From Thermoanaerobaculia bacterium (GTDB lineage Bacteria > Acidobacteriota > Thermoanaerobaculia > Gp7-AA8): a stretch of 59,821 bases of DNA. Positions within the stretch are counted from its first letter, which is position 1. Each line of letters opens with the position of its first letter. The DNA lies in the NCBI GenBank assembly GCA_036390755.1, contig DASWBH010000020.1, positions 1 through 59,821 of the forward strand. Reading direction: 5' to 3'. Shown here in pieces: positions 33,726-42,264 of this stretch. Both the position numbers and the translations under genes were made by a program. Below the pieces are notes generated by a model that did not search any database, was not told the DNA's origin, and worked only from the letters and a program-made list of their open reading frames with translations.

Positions 33726-34734
33726 AAAGCCGCTTCTCCTTGACGGGCATACGGAACGCCGCTGCGGCCTGGTTGTATCCGACGCCCGAGCCGACCATCA
33801 CCACCAGGTCGCCGGGCTTGATTTTCCTCTGATTCAGCGCGTCGTCGAGCGCCATCGGAATGCACGCGGAGCCGGTGTAGCCCTGCTGCTCCATGATCGT
33901 GTGCGTCTTCTCCATCGGCAGCCCGAGGTCGTTCATGACGAGCTCGATGGTCGGCTTGCGCACCTGCGTGAAGATCGCAAAATCGATGTCCTTCACCTCG
34001 AAACCGCCGTTCTTCGCGACCTGACGCACCAGCTTCGGCCAGCCTGCGTTGTTGATCTCTGCCGGATAGCGTTCGATCATCTTCACTCTCGTGCGGCCGC
34101 CGCGGATCGCTTCCTCGCTGGCCGGTTCCACGGTGCCGCCGGCCGGAATGAGCCAGTTCTTGTGATACGAGCCGTCCGCTGCGAATGCTGATGCGATAAA
34201 GCCCGGCTCGTCGCTGCGCTCGAGAATCGCGGCTCCGGCGCCGTCGCCGTAAAAAAAGATCATCGGGTCGTCACACGTCGCCAGCTTGTGCATCATGTAG
34301 ACGCCCACGACGAGCACGGTTTTCAGCCCGGCATTCGACGACATCAGACCGGATGCCGTCGAGATCGCCGTCGGGAATGACGCGCACGCGCAGCCGACGT
34401 CGAACGTGCCGGCGTTCTTCGCGCCCAGCTTGCTCTGCAGCACGACCGACGTTGCCGGCGTAATGTAATCGGGCGAGTCCGTTCCGAGGATGATGAGATC
34501 GAGATCGTCGGGAGTCTTGCCGGCGCGTTCGAGCGTCTGACGCGCCGCCCGCAGCGCCAGATCCGACGCCGCCCAATCCTCCGGCGCGTACCAGCGTCGC
34601 GTGATACCGCTCGACGCCTCCATCTTGTCGACGAAATCCGGCACCTCCGCGTCGAACCGCGCGCGGAGCATGTCGTTGGTCACTTCGATCTCCGGCAGAT
34701 AGGCGCCGGTGCTCACAATGTTTGCGTAGGCCAT
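33712..34734 (-). CDS. 3-oxoacyl-ACP synthase III (FabH)-like enzyme with altered His/Asn residues
   Basis: DVGCACASF Cys; YGDGAGA; IFTQV replaces PHQAN; GYTGSA replaces GNTS; GSGVG. Confidence 0.88.
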   Translation of the reverse strand: MAYANIVSTGAYLPEIEVTNDMLRARFDAEVPDFVDKMEASSGITRRWYAPEDWAASDLALRAARQTLERAGKTPDDLDLIILGTDSPDYITPATSVVLQSKLGAKNAGTFDVGCACASFPTAISTASGLMSSNAGLKTVLVVGVYMMHKLATCDDPMIFFYGDGAGAAILERSDEPGFIASAFAADGSYHKNWLIPAGGTVEPASEEAIRGGRTRVKMIERYPAEINNAGWPKLVRQVAKNGGFEVKDIDFAIFTQVRKPTIELVMNDLGLPMEKTHTIMEQQGYTGSACIPMALDDALNQRKIKPGDLVVMVGSGVGYNQAAAAFRMPVKEKRLYERN

Positions 34735-35459
34735 CACGTCCCCAGGACCAATCCTCCGTCGACAGACAGAACTGCGCCAGATACGAACTTCGCCGCGTCA
34801 CTGGCGAGCCACGCGTAGGCGTTCGCGATGTCTTCCGGCTCGCCCATCTTCCCGAGCGGAGTCTTCGCCGTCATCGAGTCGAGCACCTTCGGCGGCATCG
34901 ACTTCACCATCTCCGTGGCGATGAATCCCGGCGCGACGGCGTTCACTCGGATGTTGTACTTGCCGAGCTCGCGCGACCACGTCTTCGTGAAGCTGATCAC
35001 GCCGGCTTTCGTTGCCGCGTAGTTGGTCTGTCCGAAATTTCCGTACAACCCGACGATCGACGACGCGTTGAGGATCACGCCGCGCCCCGCTTTGATCATG
35101 TGCGGCACGACTGCGCGCGTGCAGAGGAACACGCCCTTGAGGTTCACGCCGATGACCTCGTCGAACGCTGCGTCGCTCATCGTCGCGACCACAGCACCGT
35201 CCTTCCAGCGCACGAGTTGTGAATCGCGAAGAATGCCGGCGTTGTTCACGAGCACGTCGATGCGGCCGTGTTTCGATACGACGTCAGCGGTCGAGGCTTC
35301 GACCGATTCGCGCTTCGTCACGTCGATCCTCGGATCACTCGTCACGTCCCACACGACGACGCGCGCCCCTTCCGCTGCGAACCGCTCCGCGGTGGCGCGA
35401 CCGATGCCGGCCGCGCCACCGGTGATCACAACAACTTTGTCGCGGAGCCCAAGCTCCAC
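34734..35459 (-). CDS. FabG-like short-chain dehydrogenase
   Basis: TGGAAGIG, NNAGI, GQTNYAATKAG, NAVAPGFI. Confidence 0.93.
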   Translation of the reverse strand: MELGLRDKVVVITGGAAGIGRATAERFAAEGARVVVWDVTSDPRIDVTKRESVEASTADVVSKHGRIDVLVNNAGILRDSQLVRWKDGAVVATMSDAAFDEVIGVNLKGVFLCTRAVVPHMIKAGRGVILNASSIVGLYGNFGQTNYAATKAGVISFTKTWSRELGKYNIRVNAVAPGFIATEMVKSMPPKVLDSMTAKTPLGKMGEPEDIANAYAWLASDAAKFVSGAVLSVDGGLVLGT

Positions 35460-35460
35460 G

Positions 35461-38211
35461 CTAGAACACCCACCGCAATCCGAGCTGGAACTCGCGCCCG
35501 GGCAGCGTCGCGCTGAACAGTCCGAACCGCGGATTCTTCACCGGCTGTGTATTCGGGTTTGCCGCAGTCGGACCGCTGAGGAACTCGCCGCTGTTGATCG
35601 ACTGCACATCGAAATTCGTCACGTTCGTAATGTTGAACGCTTCGGCGATGGCTTCGAGCTGGCCGAATCCGCCAACCGCGAATCCCTTCGTCAGACGCAG
35701 CGAGAGCTGGCGGAACGGAGGACCGTCCATCGTGTTGCGGCCGATGCCGGGCGCGCGGTCGGAATTGAACGAATCACCGTTGAAGTCATAGCCGAGGCGA
35801 TGCGTCCACGGCTGGCCCGAGCCGTACTCGTAGATGGGAGCGATCATGAAGCCCGCCGGCAGATGGAAGACACCGCTGACCACGACGCGGTAACGCTCGT
35901 CGCCACGCCCACGGCCGTACTCCGCCGCCATGTTCGCCGGGTCGTTCGGATATCCGGACGTGAAGTCCGGACTGAAGTCATCGCTGATGTTTTTCTTGTT
36001 CGCCAACGTCACGGAAGCCGTGAGCAGATCGTTCGAGCGCACGTTTCCGTTCAGCGAGAAGACGAACGCCGCGTACTTCGAGTGCCCGCTGTTGTCGTAC
36101 ATGTTCACGACGTTGTACTGCGGGTAAATCGGCTTGCGCGTGTCGTTGCCGGTCCAGTTGATGTTGTGAATGGTGATTTCCTTCTCACCCTTCGCGTACA
36201 CCGCCTCGGTGTCGAGGAAGACCCGCGACTGGCCGAGCTTCATCGTGTAGCCGACGGAAGCCTGCGTCGCCTCCGGGTTCACGAGATTCGGCGAGAGAAG
36301 CACGATCGACGGCTTCGAGACGATGCCCGTCGTCGTCGGATTGTTCGGGTCGAGCGCCAACTGCGGAAGGCCGAACAGCGCGCCGTTGAGACGCGAGAAG
36401 GTCACGCGGCCAGTCACGCCGTTCTGCTGCAGCTCGCTCAGCGCCGGCACGAGGAGGAACCGTCCGGTGAACCGGCCGACGCCGCCGCGGACGACATTCG
36501 TTCCGTTCCCGGCGATGTCGTAGCTGAACGAGACACGCGGCTGGTAGTTGTTGGTGTCGCGTTTGCGCGGATTCGGAATCAGAGGATGCGTGAATCCGGC
36601 GTTGTTGCCGTTGGTGTCGAGGTCATAACGGAGTCCGGCATTGATGAGGAGCTTCATCGTCGGATGCCACGAGTCTTCGAGGAACGCGCCCCAGAGGTTC
36701 GTGTTCGTGCTGACATCCGAAGAACCGACGCCGTAGAAGTACGCGAGCGGCAGGGCGCGCGTGTCGGTCAGGTAAAGGAAGAGGCCGTACTGGTAGGTGT
36801 CGAGGCGGAAGCGCTCGTGAACGTGCTGCACTGACAGACCGGCCTTCAGATCCTGAGCGGCGAAGTGCTGGTGCCATGCGTCGCGAAGCTCGACGGTGTT
36901 TCCGTCGCCGAGAAGGTTGCCGAGGATGTTGCCGCCGGTCTGGAGCGTGTTGCCGCTCGAGAACCACTCCGCGACGCTCTGCGAGTTCGTCGGTTCGAAG
37001 AAGCGGCGCGTGCCGTATTGCAGGCGCGCCTCGTTGAACGCGTCGTTCGACACCGACCAGTTGTGCTCGAACGTGCCGTTCCAGTTGCGGCGCTCGAGCG
37101 TCTGTCCGTACGACGGATCCGACACGCCGCCGACGCGGAAGTTGTCTTCGTTGTAGTTCTCGTAGACGCCCTTGAAGCCGCCGGTCATCTGCGAGTTGAA
37201 GTTCATGTCGAGGCTGCCGAAGAGCAGCGTCTGATCGAATGGATGCGAGACGTCGGCGGCGCGGCCTGCATAGGCACCACCCGGGCGGAACAGAACGATG
37301 TTCTTCTCGTTGATCTGCTCGACTGAGCCGAAGTAGAAGAGTTTGTCGCGAACCAGCGGACCGCCGAGCGTGAAGCCGAGCTGGTGGCGCGAGTAGTCGT
37401 TGTTCTTCTCGAGATCGAGCGCGCCTTTCGAGCGCAGCGCCGCATCGCGGAAGAATCCGAACACGTTGCCGTGCATGTTGTTCGTGCCCGACTTGGTCAC
37501 GATCGACATCGCACCGCCGGCCGACCCGCCGATCTCGCTGTCGAACCGGTTGTTGATGACGCGGAACTCGCGCACCGCGTCCTGCGAGAAGCGGGCGCGC
37601 GCGAGACCGTTCACGTCGTCCGTCATGTCGACACCGTTGACGAAGATCGTCGCCTGCGAGGCGTTGCCTCCCGAGCCGATCACCGGACCGCCGTTGATGA
37701 AGCGGAAACCTCCGCGCTCACGTTCGACGCCCGGCGCGATGAAGGCCAGGCGCTCGAACTGACGATCGGCAACGGGGAGTGCCTCGATCTGTTCGGGGAC
37801 GATGTTCGTCGACGAGTCCGTCTTGTGAACGTCGACGACCGGCACGTCGGCGCTGACCGTGATCGTCTCGCTCGACGACGCTTTCATCGTCACGGCGAGC
37901 TTTGCGTTCTCGCCGACGCGCAGCACGAGCTTCTGCTCCTTGATCGGAGCGAAACCTTCGAGCGCGAACTGCACCTGGTAGCCGCCGGGCGCAAGCGCGG
38001 TAAAGCGCGCAAAGCCGGCCGAGTCGGTCACGGCGGTCGTTTCGAAGCCGGTCTCAGGCCGCCCCACTGTGACCGTGACGCCGGGCAGCGGCGCCTTCGA
38101 CTGGTCGAGTGCGACGGCTTCGATCGACGCCTTGTCGACCTGAGCGATTAACGGAACTGCAAGAAAGCAGAGGAGTAATACACCGAGGAGTGCCAGCGGA
38201 CGACGGACCAT
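35461..38211 (-). CDS. TonB-dependent receptor, Oar-like, with carboxypeptidase-regulatory N-terminus
   Basis: Signal peptide; LPGVTVT, KSGTN, GGPLVRDKLFYF, FQLGLRWVF C-terminus. Confidence 0.9.
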   Translation of the reverse strand: MVRRPLALLGVLLLCFLAVPLIAQVDKASIEAVALDQSKAPLPGVTVTVGRPETGFETTAVTDSAGFARFTALAPGGYQVQFALEGFAPIKEQKLVLRVGENAKLAVTMKASSSETITVSADVPVVDVHKTDSSTNIVPEQIEALPVADRQFERLAFIAPGVERERGGFRFINGGPVIGSGGNASQATIFVNGVDMTDDVNGLARARFSQDAVREFRVINNRFDSEIGGSAGGAMSIVTKSGTNNMHGNVFGFFRDAALRSKGALDLEKNNDYSRHQLGFTLGGPLVRDKLFYFGSVEQINEKNIVLFRPGGAYAGRAADVSHPFDQTLLFGSLDMNFNSQMTGGFKGVYENYNEDNFRVGGVSDPSYGQTLERRNWNGTFEHNWSVSNDAFNEARLQYGTRRFFEPTNSQSVAEWFSSGNTLQTGGNILGNLLGDGNTVELRDAWHQHFAAQDLKAGLSVQHVHERFRLDTYQYGLFLYLTDTRALPLAYFYGVGSSDVSTNTNLWGAFLEDSWHPTMKLLINAGLRYDLDTNGNNAGFTHPLIPNPRKRDTNNYQPRVSFSYDIAGNGTNVVRGGVGRFTGRFLLVPALSELQQNGVTGRVTFSRLNGALFGLPQLALDPNNPTTTGIVSKPSIVLLSPNLVNPEATQASVGYTMKLGQSRVFLDTEAVYAKGEKEITIHNINWTGNDTRKPIYPQYNVVNMYDNSGHSKYAAFVFSLNGNVRSNDLLTASVTLANKKNISDDFSPDFTSGYPNDPANMAAEYGRGRGDERYRVVVSGVFHLPAGFMIAPIYEYGSGQPWTHRLGYDFNGDSFNSDRAPGIGRNTMDGPPFRQLSLRLTKGFAVGGFGQLEAIAEAFNITNVTNFDVQSINSGEFLSGPTAANPNTQPVKNPRFGLFSATLPGREFQLGLRWVF

Positions 38212-38231
38212 CGTTCCCTCCGATTTACCGG

Positions 38232-38243
38232 CCGACCGGTCGG
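38232..38243. promoter_or_regulatory. Candidate TetR operator CCGACCGGTCGG
   Basis: Perfect 12-bp palindrome between the promoter and receptor start; resembles common TetR-family operators. Confidence 0.65.
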
Positions 38244-38261
38244 TTTGTTGGTTTGAACCGC

Positions 38262-38290
38262 AATATATGAATATGGATGAGCCATGTCAA
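38262..38290 (-). promoter_or_regulatory. sigma70 promoter TTGACA-N17-TATATT for the receptor operon
   Basis: Near-consensus, read on the minus strand. Confidence 0.8.
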
Positions 38291-38300
38291 TGGCTCCGTC

Positions 38301-38336
38301 GGAGTTCAGAGTTCGCGGTTCGGGATTCGGGGTTTC
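38301..38336. repeat. Degenerate heptamer array (GGAGTTC, AGAGTTC, GCGGTTC, GGGATTC, GGGTTTC)
   Basis: Five related 7-mers in the intergenic region. Confidence 0.6.
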
Positions 38337-38339
38337 GCG

Positions 38340-39083
38340 ATGGATAATGGCGGCGTGTTCCAGCGCCTTCGCTACCTGCTCCGAGGCTTTCTGAGTCTCT
38401 TCATCGGCGGGCTCGAGCGTCGTAACCCCGAAGCGCTCCTCGAAGCGGAGAAGGAGAATTTCCGTAAGCAGATCTCGAACTACAACGGCGGCCTGGCCGC
38501 GCACGCGGGCCTTTGCGAGCGGCTGATGGCGCAGGTGCGGAAGCTCGAGAACGACGACCGCGACCTGCGCGCCAAGACGACTGCGAACCTGCGCGCCGGC
38601 AATCGCGAGGCCGCGGCGCAGTACGCATTGCGATTGCAGACCGTGCAGCGCGAGCTGACCGAAAACCGCGTGCAGCTCGAGCAGGCCGAGAAGACCTACC
38701 GCGAGCTGCTGAAGGCGCGCGACGTGTCGATCCGCGCGGCGCAGGCGAAACTCGAGTCGCTCAAGCAATCGATCGACGACCTGAAGATCAAACGCGCGAC
38801 CGCCGAGCTGACCGAGATGGCAGCGTCGATGATCGGCAACATCGGCGGATCCGGCGACACACTCAATCGGCTGGAAACGATGGTCGAGGACGAGCGCACC
38901 AAGGCGGCCGGCCGGGCGCGTCTCGCACGTGACACGCTCAACACCTCCGAGATCGCCATGAAGGAAGGCGAGCAGCGCGCGCTCGCCGATCAGGCGCTCG
39001 CCGACTTCGAGCATCGTGAAGGCCTCGCTGTGTCCGGCGACGATCTCGATCGCGTCAAACTACTCGGACCTTCGCAGGAGTAG
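38340..39083 (+). CDS. PspA/IM30-family coiled-coil protein (start may be GTG 38355)
   Basis: LERRNPEALLE, long coiled coil, LNRLETMVEDE, ALADFE. Confidence 0.8.
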   Translation: MDNGGVFQRLRYLLRGFLSLFIGGLERRNPEALLEAEKENFRKQISNYNGGLAAHAGLCERLMAQVRKLENDDRDLRAKTTANLRAGNREAAAQYALRLQTVQRELTENRVQLEQAEKTYRELLKARDVSIRAAQAKLESLKQSIDDLKIKRATAELTEMAASMIGNIGGSGDTLNRLETMVEDERTKAAGRARLARDTLNTSEIAMKEGEQRALADQALADFEHREGLAVSGDDLDRVKLLGPSQE

Positions 39084-39085
39084 TC

Positions 39086-40441
39086 ATGGACTTTCACCAG
39101 TTCTATCTCGGCTGCCTCGCGCACGCCTCGTACCTGGTCGGGTCCGACGGCGAAGCGGCGATCGTCGATCCGCAGCGCGATGTGGAGCAGTACATTGCCG
39201 AAGCGGAGAAGCGCGGGCTGCGCATTCGCTATGTCATCGAGACACATCTGCACGCCGACTTCGTCAGCGGTCATCGCGAGCTCGCCGAGCGCACCGGAGC
39301 GGAGATCGTCCTCGGCGCGAACGCCGAGGCGCAGTTCCCGCACATGCCGGTGAGGCAAGGCGACGTCCTTCGGCTCGGCTCCGTCGAGTTGCGCGCGATC
39401 GAGACGCCCGGCCACACGCCGGAGAGCATCTCCTGGCTCGTCGTGGAGAACGGACGCGCGGTGAAAGTGCTGACAGGAGACACGCTGTTCATCGGCGACG
39501 TCGGCCGCCCGGACCTTGCCGGCGCGAAAGGCTACACGCCCCGCACGATGGCGGGAATGCTGTACGACTCGCTGCACAACAAGCTGATGAAGCTCGGCGA
39601 CGACATCGAAGTCTGGCCGGCACACGGCGCAGGCTCGGCGTGCGGCCGCAACATCTCCACCGAGACGTGGTCGACGATCGGCGTGCAGCGGCGAACGAAT
39701 TACGCGCTGGGGCCGATGTCGCGCGACGATTTCATCACGATCATGACGACGGACCTGCCGGATGTACCGCCGTACTTCATGCGCGACGCGGAGATCAATC
39801 GCATCGGCGCACGTGCGCTCTCCGAGATCACGGCGAAACCGCTCACGACGCGCGATGTGAAGTCGGCGCTGCACCGCGGCGCGATCGCACTCGACGTCCG
39901 CGACAGCGATGCGTTCGGCGCAGGCCACATCGGCGGCGCCATCAATATCGGTCTGGCCGGGCAATACGCGTCGTGGTGCGGAACGCTTCTGAACGCGACC
40001 GACGATGTCGTCGTTGTCGCTGACGGTGCCGAAGCATCGCGCGAGGCCGTGATACGCCTCGCCCGTGTCGGCATGGAGAACGTCATCGGATACCTCGACG
40101 GTGGCGTGCTCGCGTGGTCGAACGCAGGCTACGCGACCGCGCAACTGCCGCAGATCACCGCGCGCGCGCTCAGCGAGTCGCGCCTCCCCGTGATCGACGT
40201 CCGCCGAAAAGCGGAGTACGCGACCGGCCACGTGCCGGGCGCGCGGAACATTCCGCTGAACGAGCTCGCACAGCGCGAAGACGAGATAAGGACCGACGAG
40301 CCGCTGGCAGTCATCTGCGCTGGTGGTTATCGCTCGTCCATCGCGGCGAGCATCCTCGCGCGGAGCGGCGTCGCCGATCTCACGAATGTGGCCGGCGGCA
40401 CGTCAGCCTGGATCGCGGAGAAGTTGCCGCTCGAAGTGTGA
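39086..40441 (+). CDS. MBL-fold persulfide dioxygenase-like protein with two rhodanese domains
   Basis: ETHLHADFVSG, TPGHTPES, TGDTLFIGDVGRPDL, PAHGAGSACG; VICAGGYRS. Confidence 0.9.
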   Translation: MDFHQFYLGCLAHASYLVGSDGEAAIVDPQRDVEQYIAEAEKRGLRIRYVIETHLHADFVSGHRELAERTGAEIVLGANAEAQFPHMPVRQGDVLRLGSVELRAIETPGHTPESISWLVVENGRAVKVLTGDTLFIGDVGRPDLAGAKGYTPRTMAGMLYDSLHNKLMKLGDDIEVWPAHGAGSACGRNISTETWSTIGVQRRTNYALGPMSRDDFITIMTTDLPDVPPYFMRDAEINRIGARALSEITAKPLTTRDVKSALHRGAIALDVRDSDAFGAGHIGGAINIGLAGQYASWCGTLLNATDDVVVVADGAEASREAVIRLARVGMENVIGYLDGGVLAWSNAGYATAQLPQITARALSESRLPVIDVRRKAEYATGHVPGARNIPLNELAQREDEIRTDEPLAVICAGGYRSSIAASILARSGVADLTNVAGGTSAWIAEKLPLEV

Positions 40442-40468
40442 TCTGGAGAGCGACGGCTCGCCGCCGCC

Positions 40469-41386
40469 TCAAGTCCTCGAGTTCGTCGGCGGGGCCTCGG
40501 TCACGCTCAATTCCCGCGGTACTCGCGTGTCTCCTGATTCCGTCACGCGCCTGGTCATCATCCGCTCGACCATGGCCAATCGTGCCAGCAGTTCGGCCTG
40601 GCCGCGCATCAGCGCGCCGATCTCCATCTCCGCTTTGCGGTTCACCTGATAGTCGTTCTCGGCGAGCAACTTGTCCTTCGCAGCCTGCCGGTTCTGACTC
40701 ATCATGATGATCGGCGCCTGGATCGCGGCGATCGTCGACAGCGCGAGGTTGAGAAGAATGAACGGATAGGGATCGAAGTGCGCGACGTGGATGATGTTGA
40801 TCCCCATCCAGACGAACATCACCGCGCCGAAGAGGCCGATGAACGGCCACGAGCCGCCGAATGTCGCCACTCGATCGGCGATGCGCTGACCGAACGTCAG
40901 CCGCTCCTCCTCCTCTTCGAGGACGTTGCGCGAGACCTGGCGCGACATCAGCTCGTTGGTCTGCCGCAGGCGCTCGCTCATTTCCGCGATGATGCGCAGC
41001 GCGGCTGAAGGGTTCTTGTTCACGAAGTCGACGAGGTCGTCGCGATCGAGACGCACGAGGCGCGACTGACGCGTCGCCGTCGCCGTTGCCGATCGTGGCG
41101 CGCCGTCGAACACCGACAACTCGCCGAAGTACTGTCCGGGAAAGAGGTGCGCGAGCAGGACCTTCGCCTTTCCGTCGCCGTACGAGATTTCCACCGCGCC
41201 GTCTTCGATGAGGAAGAGCGACGATCCGACGTCGCCCTGCCGGAAGATCACGCCGCCTTCGGTGAAGTCCTCCATCTCCAGCCGCCGCGCCAGCGAGCGC
41301 AAATCGTCGGGCGTCAACGACTCGAAAAGAGGGATGGTGCCGAGGAGCTCTTCGCGCCGGCGGGTACGGACGGTGTCGTCCTGCAT
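40469..41386 (-). CDS. cNMP-binding domain plus DUF1003 membrane protein
   Basis: IFRQGDVG, GELSVFDGAPRSATA; TFGQRIADRVATFGGSW, FDPYPFILLNL, IIMMSQNRQ. Confidence 0.9.
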   Translation of the reverse strand: MQDDTVRTRRREELLGTIPLFESLTPDDLRSLARRLEMEDFTEGGVIFRQGDVGSSLFLIEDGAVEISYGDGKAKVLLAHLFPGQYFGELSVFDGAPRSATATATRQSRLVRLDRDDLVDFVNKNPSAALRIIAEMSERLRQTNELMSRQVSRNVLEEEEERLTFGQRIADRVATFGGSWPFIGLFGAVMFVWMGINIIHVAHFDPYPFILLNLALSTIAAIQAPIIMMSQNRQAAKDKLLAENDYQVNRKAEMEIGALMRGQAELLARLAMVERMMTRRVTESGDTRVPRELSVTEAPPTNSRT

Positions 41387-41452
41387 CCGGTAAGAATGCA
41401 ACAGGCTGGCGCATCCCGCAATGCTAGAATCGCAACACGCCTGAGGACTCGA

Positions 41453-41668
41453 ATGGCCCGGTATCTCCAAAAAATCTCCCTCCGTCCTTACGCCGATACC
41501 GAGATCTGGACGGGCTGGGAGCTCGAGGGCCGGAGCGGCGAAATCGAGGGACTCGTTCTCGCCGAGCACATGACCGACGACGAGCTTGCGCGGCTCGGCG
41601 TGACCGAGTTCCACAAGATCCCCGCCGAGTACATCGACTCGGGTGAGTTCATCCCGAAACGGAACTAG
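41453..41668 (+). CDS. Small acidic hypothetical protein (71 aa)
   Basis: GAGGA RBS, good codon bias, fills the gap before the methyltransferase. Confidence 0.6.
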   Translation: MARYLQKISLRPYADTEIWTGWELEGRSGEIEGLVLAEHMTDDELARLGVTEFHKIPAEYIDSGEFIPKRN

Positions 41669-41670
41669 CG

Positions 41671-42264
41671 CTGATCAAACGCTACGACCGCGCTTACTTC
41701 GACAAGTGGTACCGAAGCCGCTCGCATCGGGTGCACGAGCAGGGCGATGTTCGCCGGAAAGTCGCGCTTGCCGTCTCAACCGCCGAGTACTTTCTCCGCC
41801 GGCCGATCGAAGACGTTCTTGACATCGGGTGTGGCGAAGGTGCGTGGCTGAAGCATCTGCGCGCGCTGAGACCGCGCGCGATGTACGCCGGGATCGACTC
41901 GAGCGATTACGTTGTTGAACGATTCGGCGCCGAGCGCAACATCAGGAAAGGTTCGTTCTCCGATCTGCGAAAGTTCCACGGCTCGTTCGATCTCGTCGTC
42001 TGCGCAGACGTGCTGCACTACATTGGCGATCGCGAGCTGCAGCGCGGCATCTCGCATCTCGAGCGACTCACCGACGGAATCGCGTTCATCGAGATTCTGA
42101 CGACCGGGGACGATATCGTCGGAGACACGGAAGAACTGATCCGCCGTCCGGCGGAGTGGTACCGGCAACTGTTCGAGCGAGCGGGATTCGTGCAGGCGGG
42201 CCCGTATTGCTGGTTGCCGGAGTCGATGCACGACGTGGCGGCGGAGCTCGAGATCGTCCGCTAA
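41671..42264 (+). CDS. Class I SAM-dependent methyltransferase (probable CTG start)
   Basis: VLDIGCGEG, FDLVVCADVLHY; frame open back to 41647 and encodes YDRAYFDKWY upstream of the tracked start. Confidence 0.8.
   Translation: MIKRYDRAYFDKWYRSRSHRVHEQGDVRRKVALAVSTAEYFLRRPIEDVLDIGCGEGAWLKHLRALRPRAMYAGIDSSDYVVERFGAERNIRKGSFSDLRKFHGSFDLVVCADVLHYIGDRELQRGISHLERLTDGIAFIEILTTGDDIVGDTEELIRRPAEWYRQLFERAGFVQAGPYCWLPESMHDVAAELEIVR

Noticed and set aside
33712-35459. Ordinary fatty-acid synthesis fabH-fabG locus or PKS cluster
   Set aside because: No acpP, fabD, fabF or plsX, and the KASIII lacks the His/Asn needed for decarboxylative condensation
40469-41614. 381-aa start for the cNMP-DUF1003 gene
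   Set aside because: The extension overlaps the small plus-strand gene; domain similarity and a -10-like box support 41386
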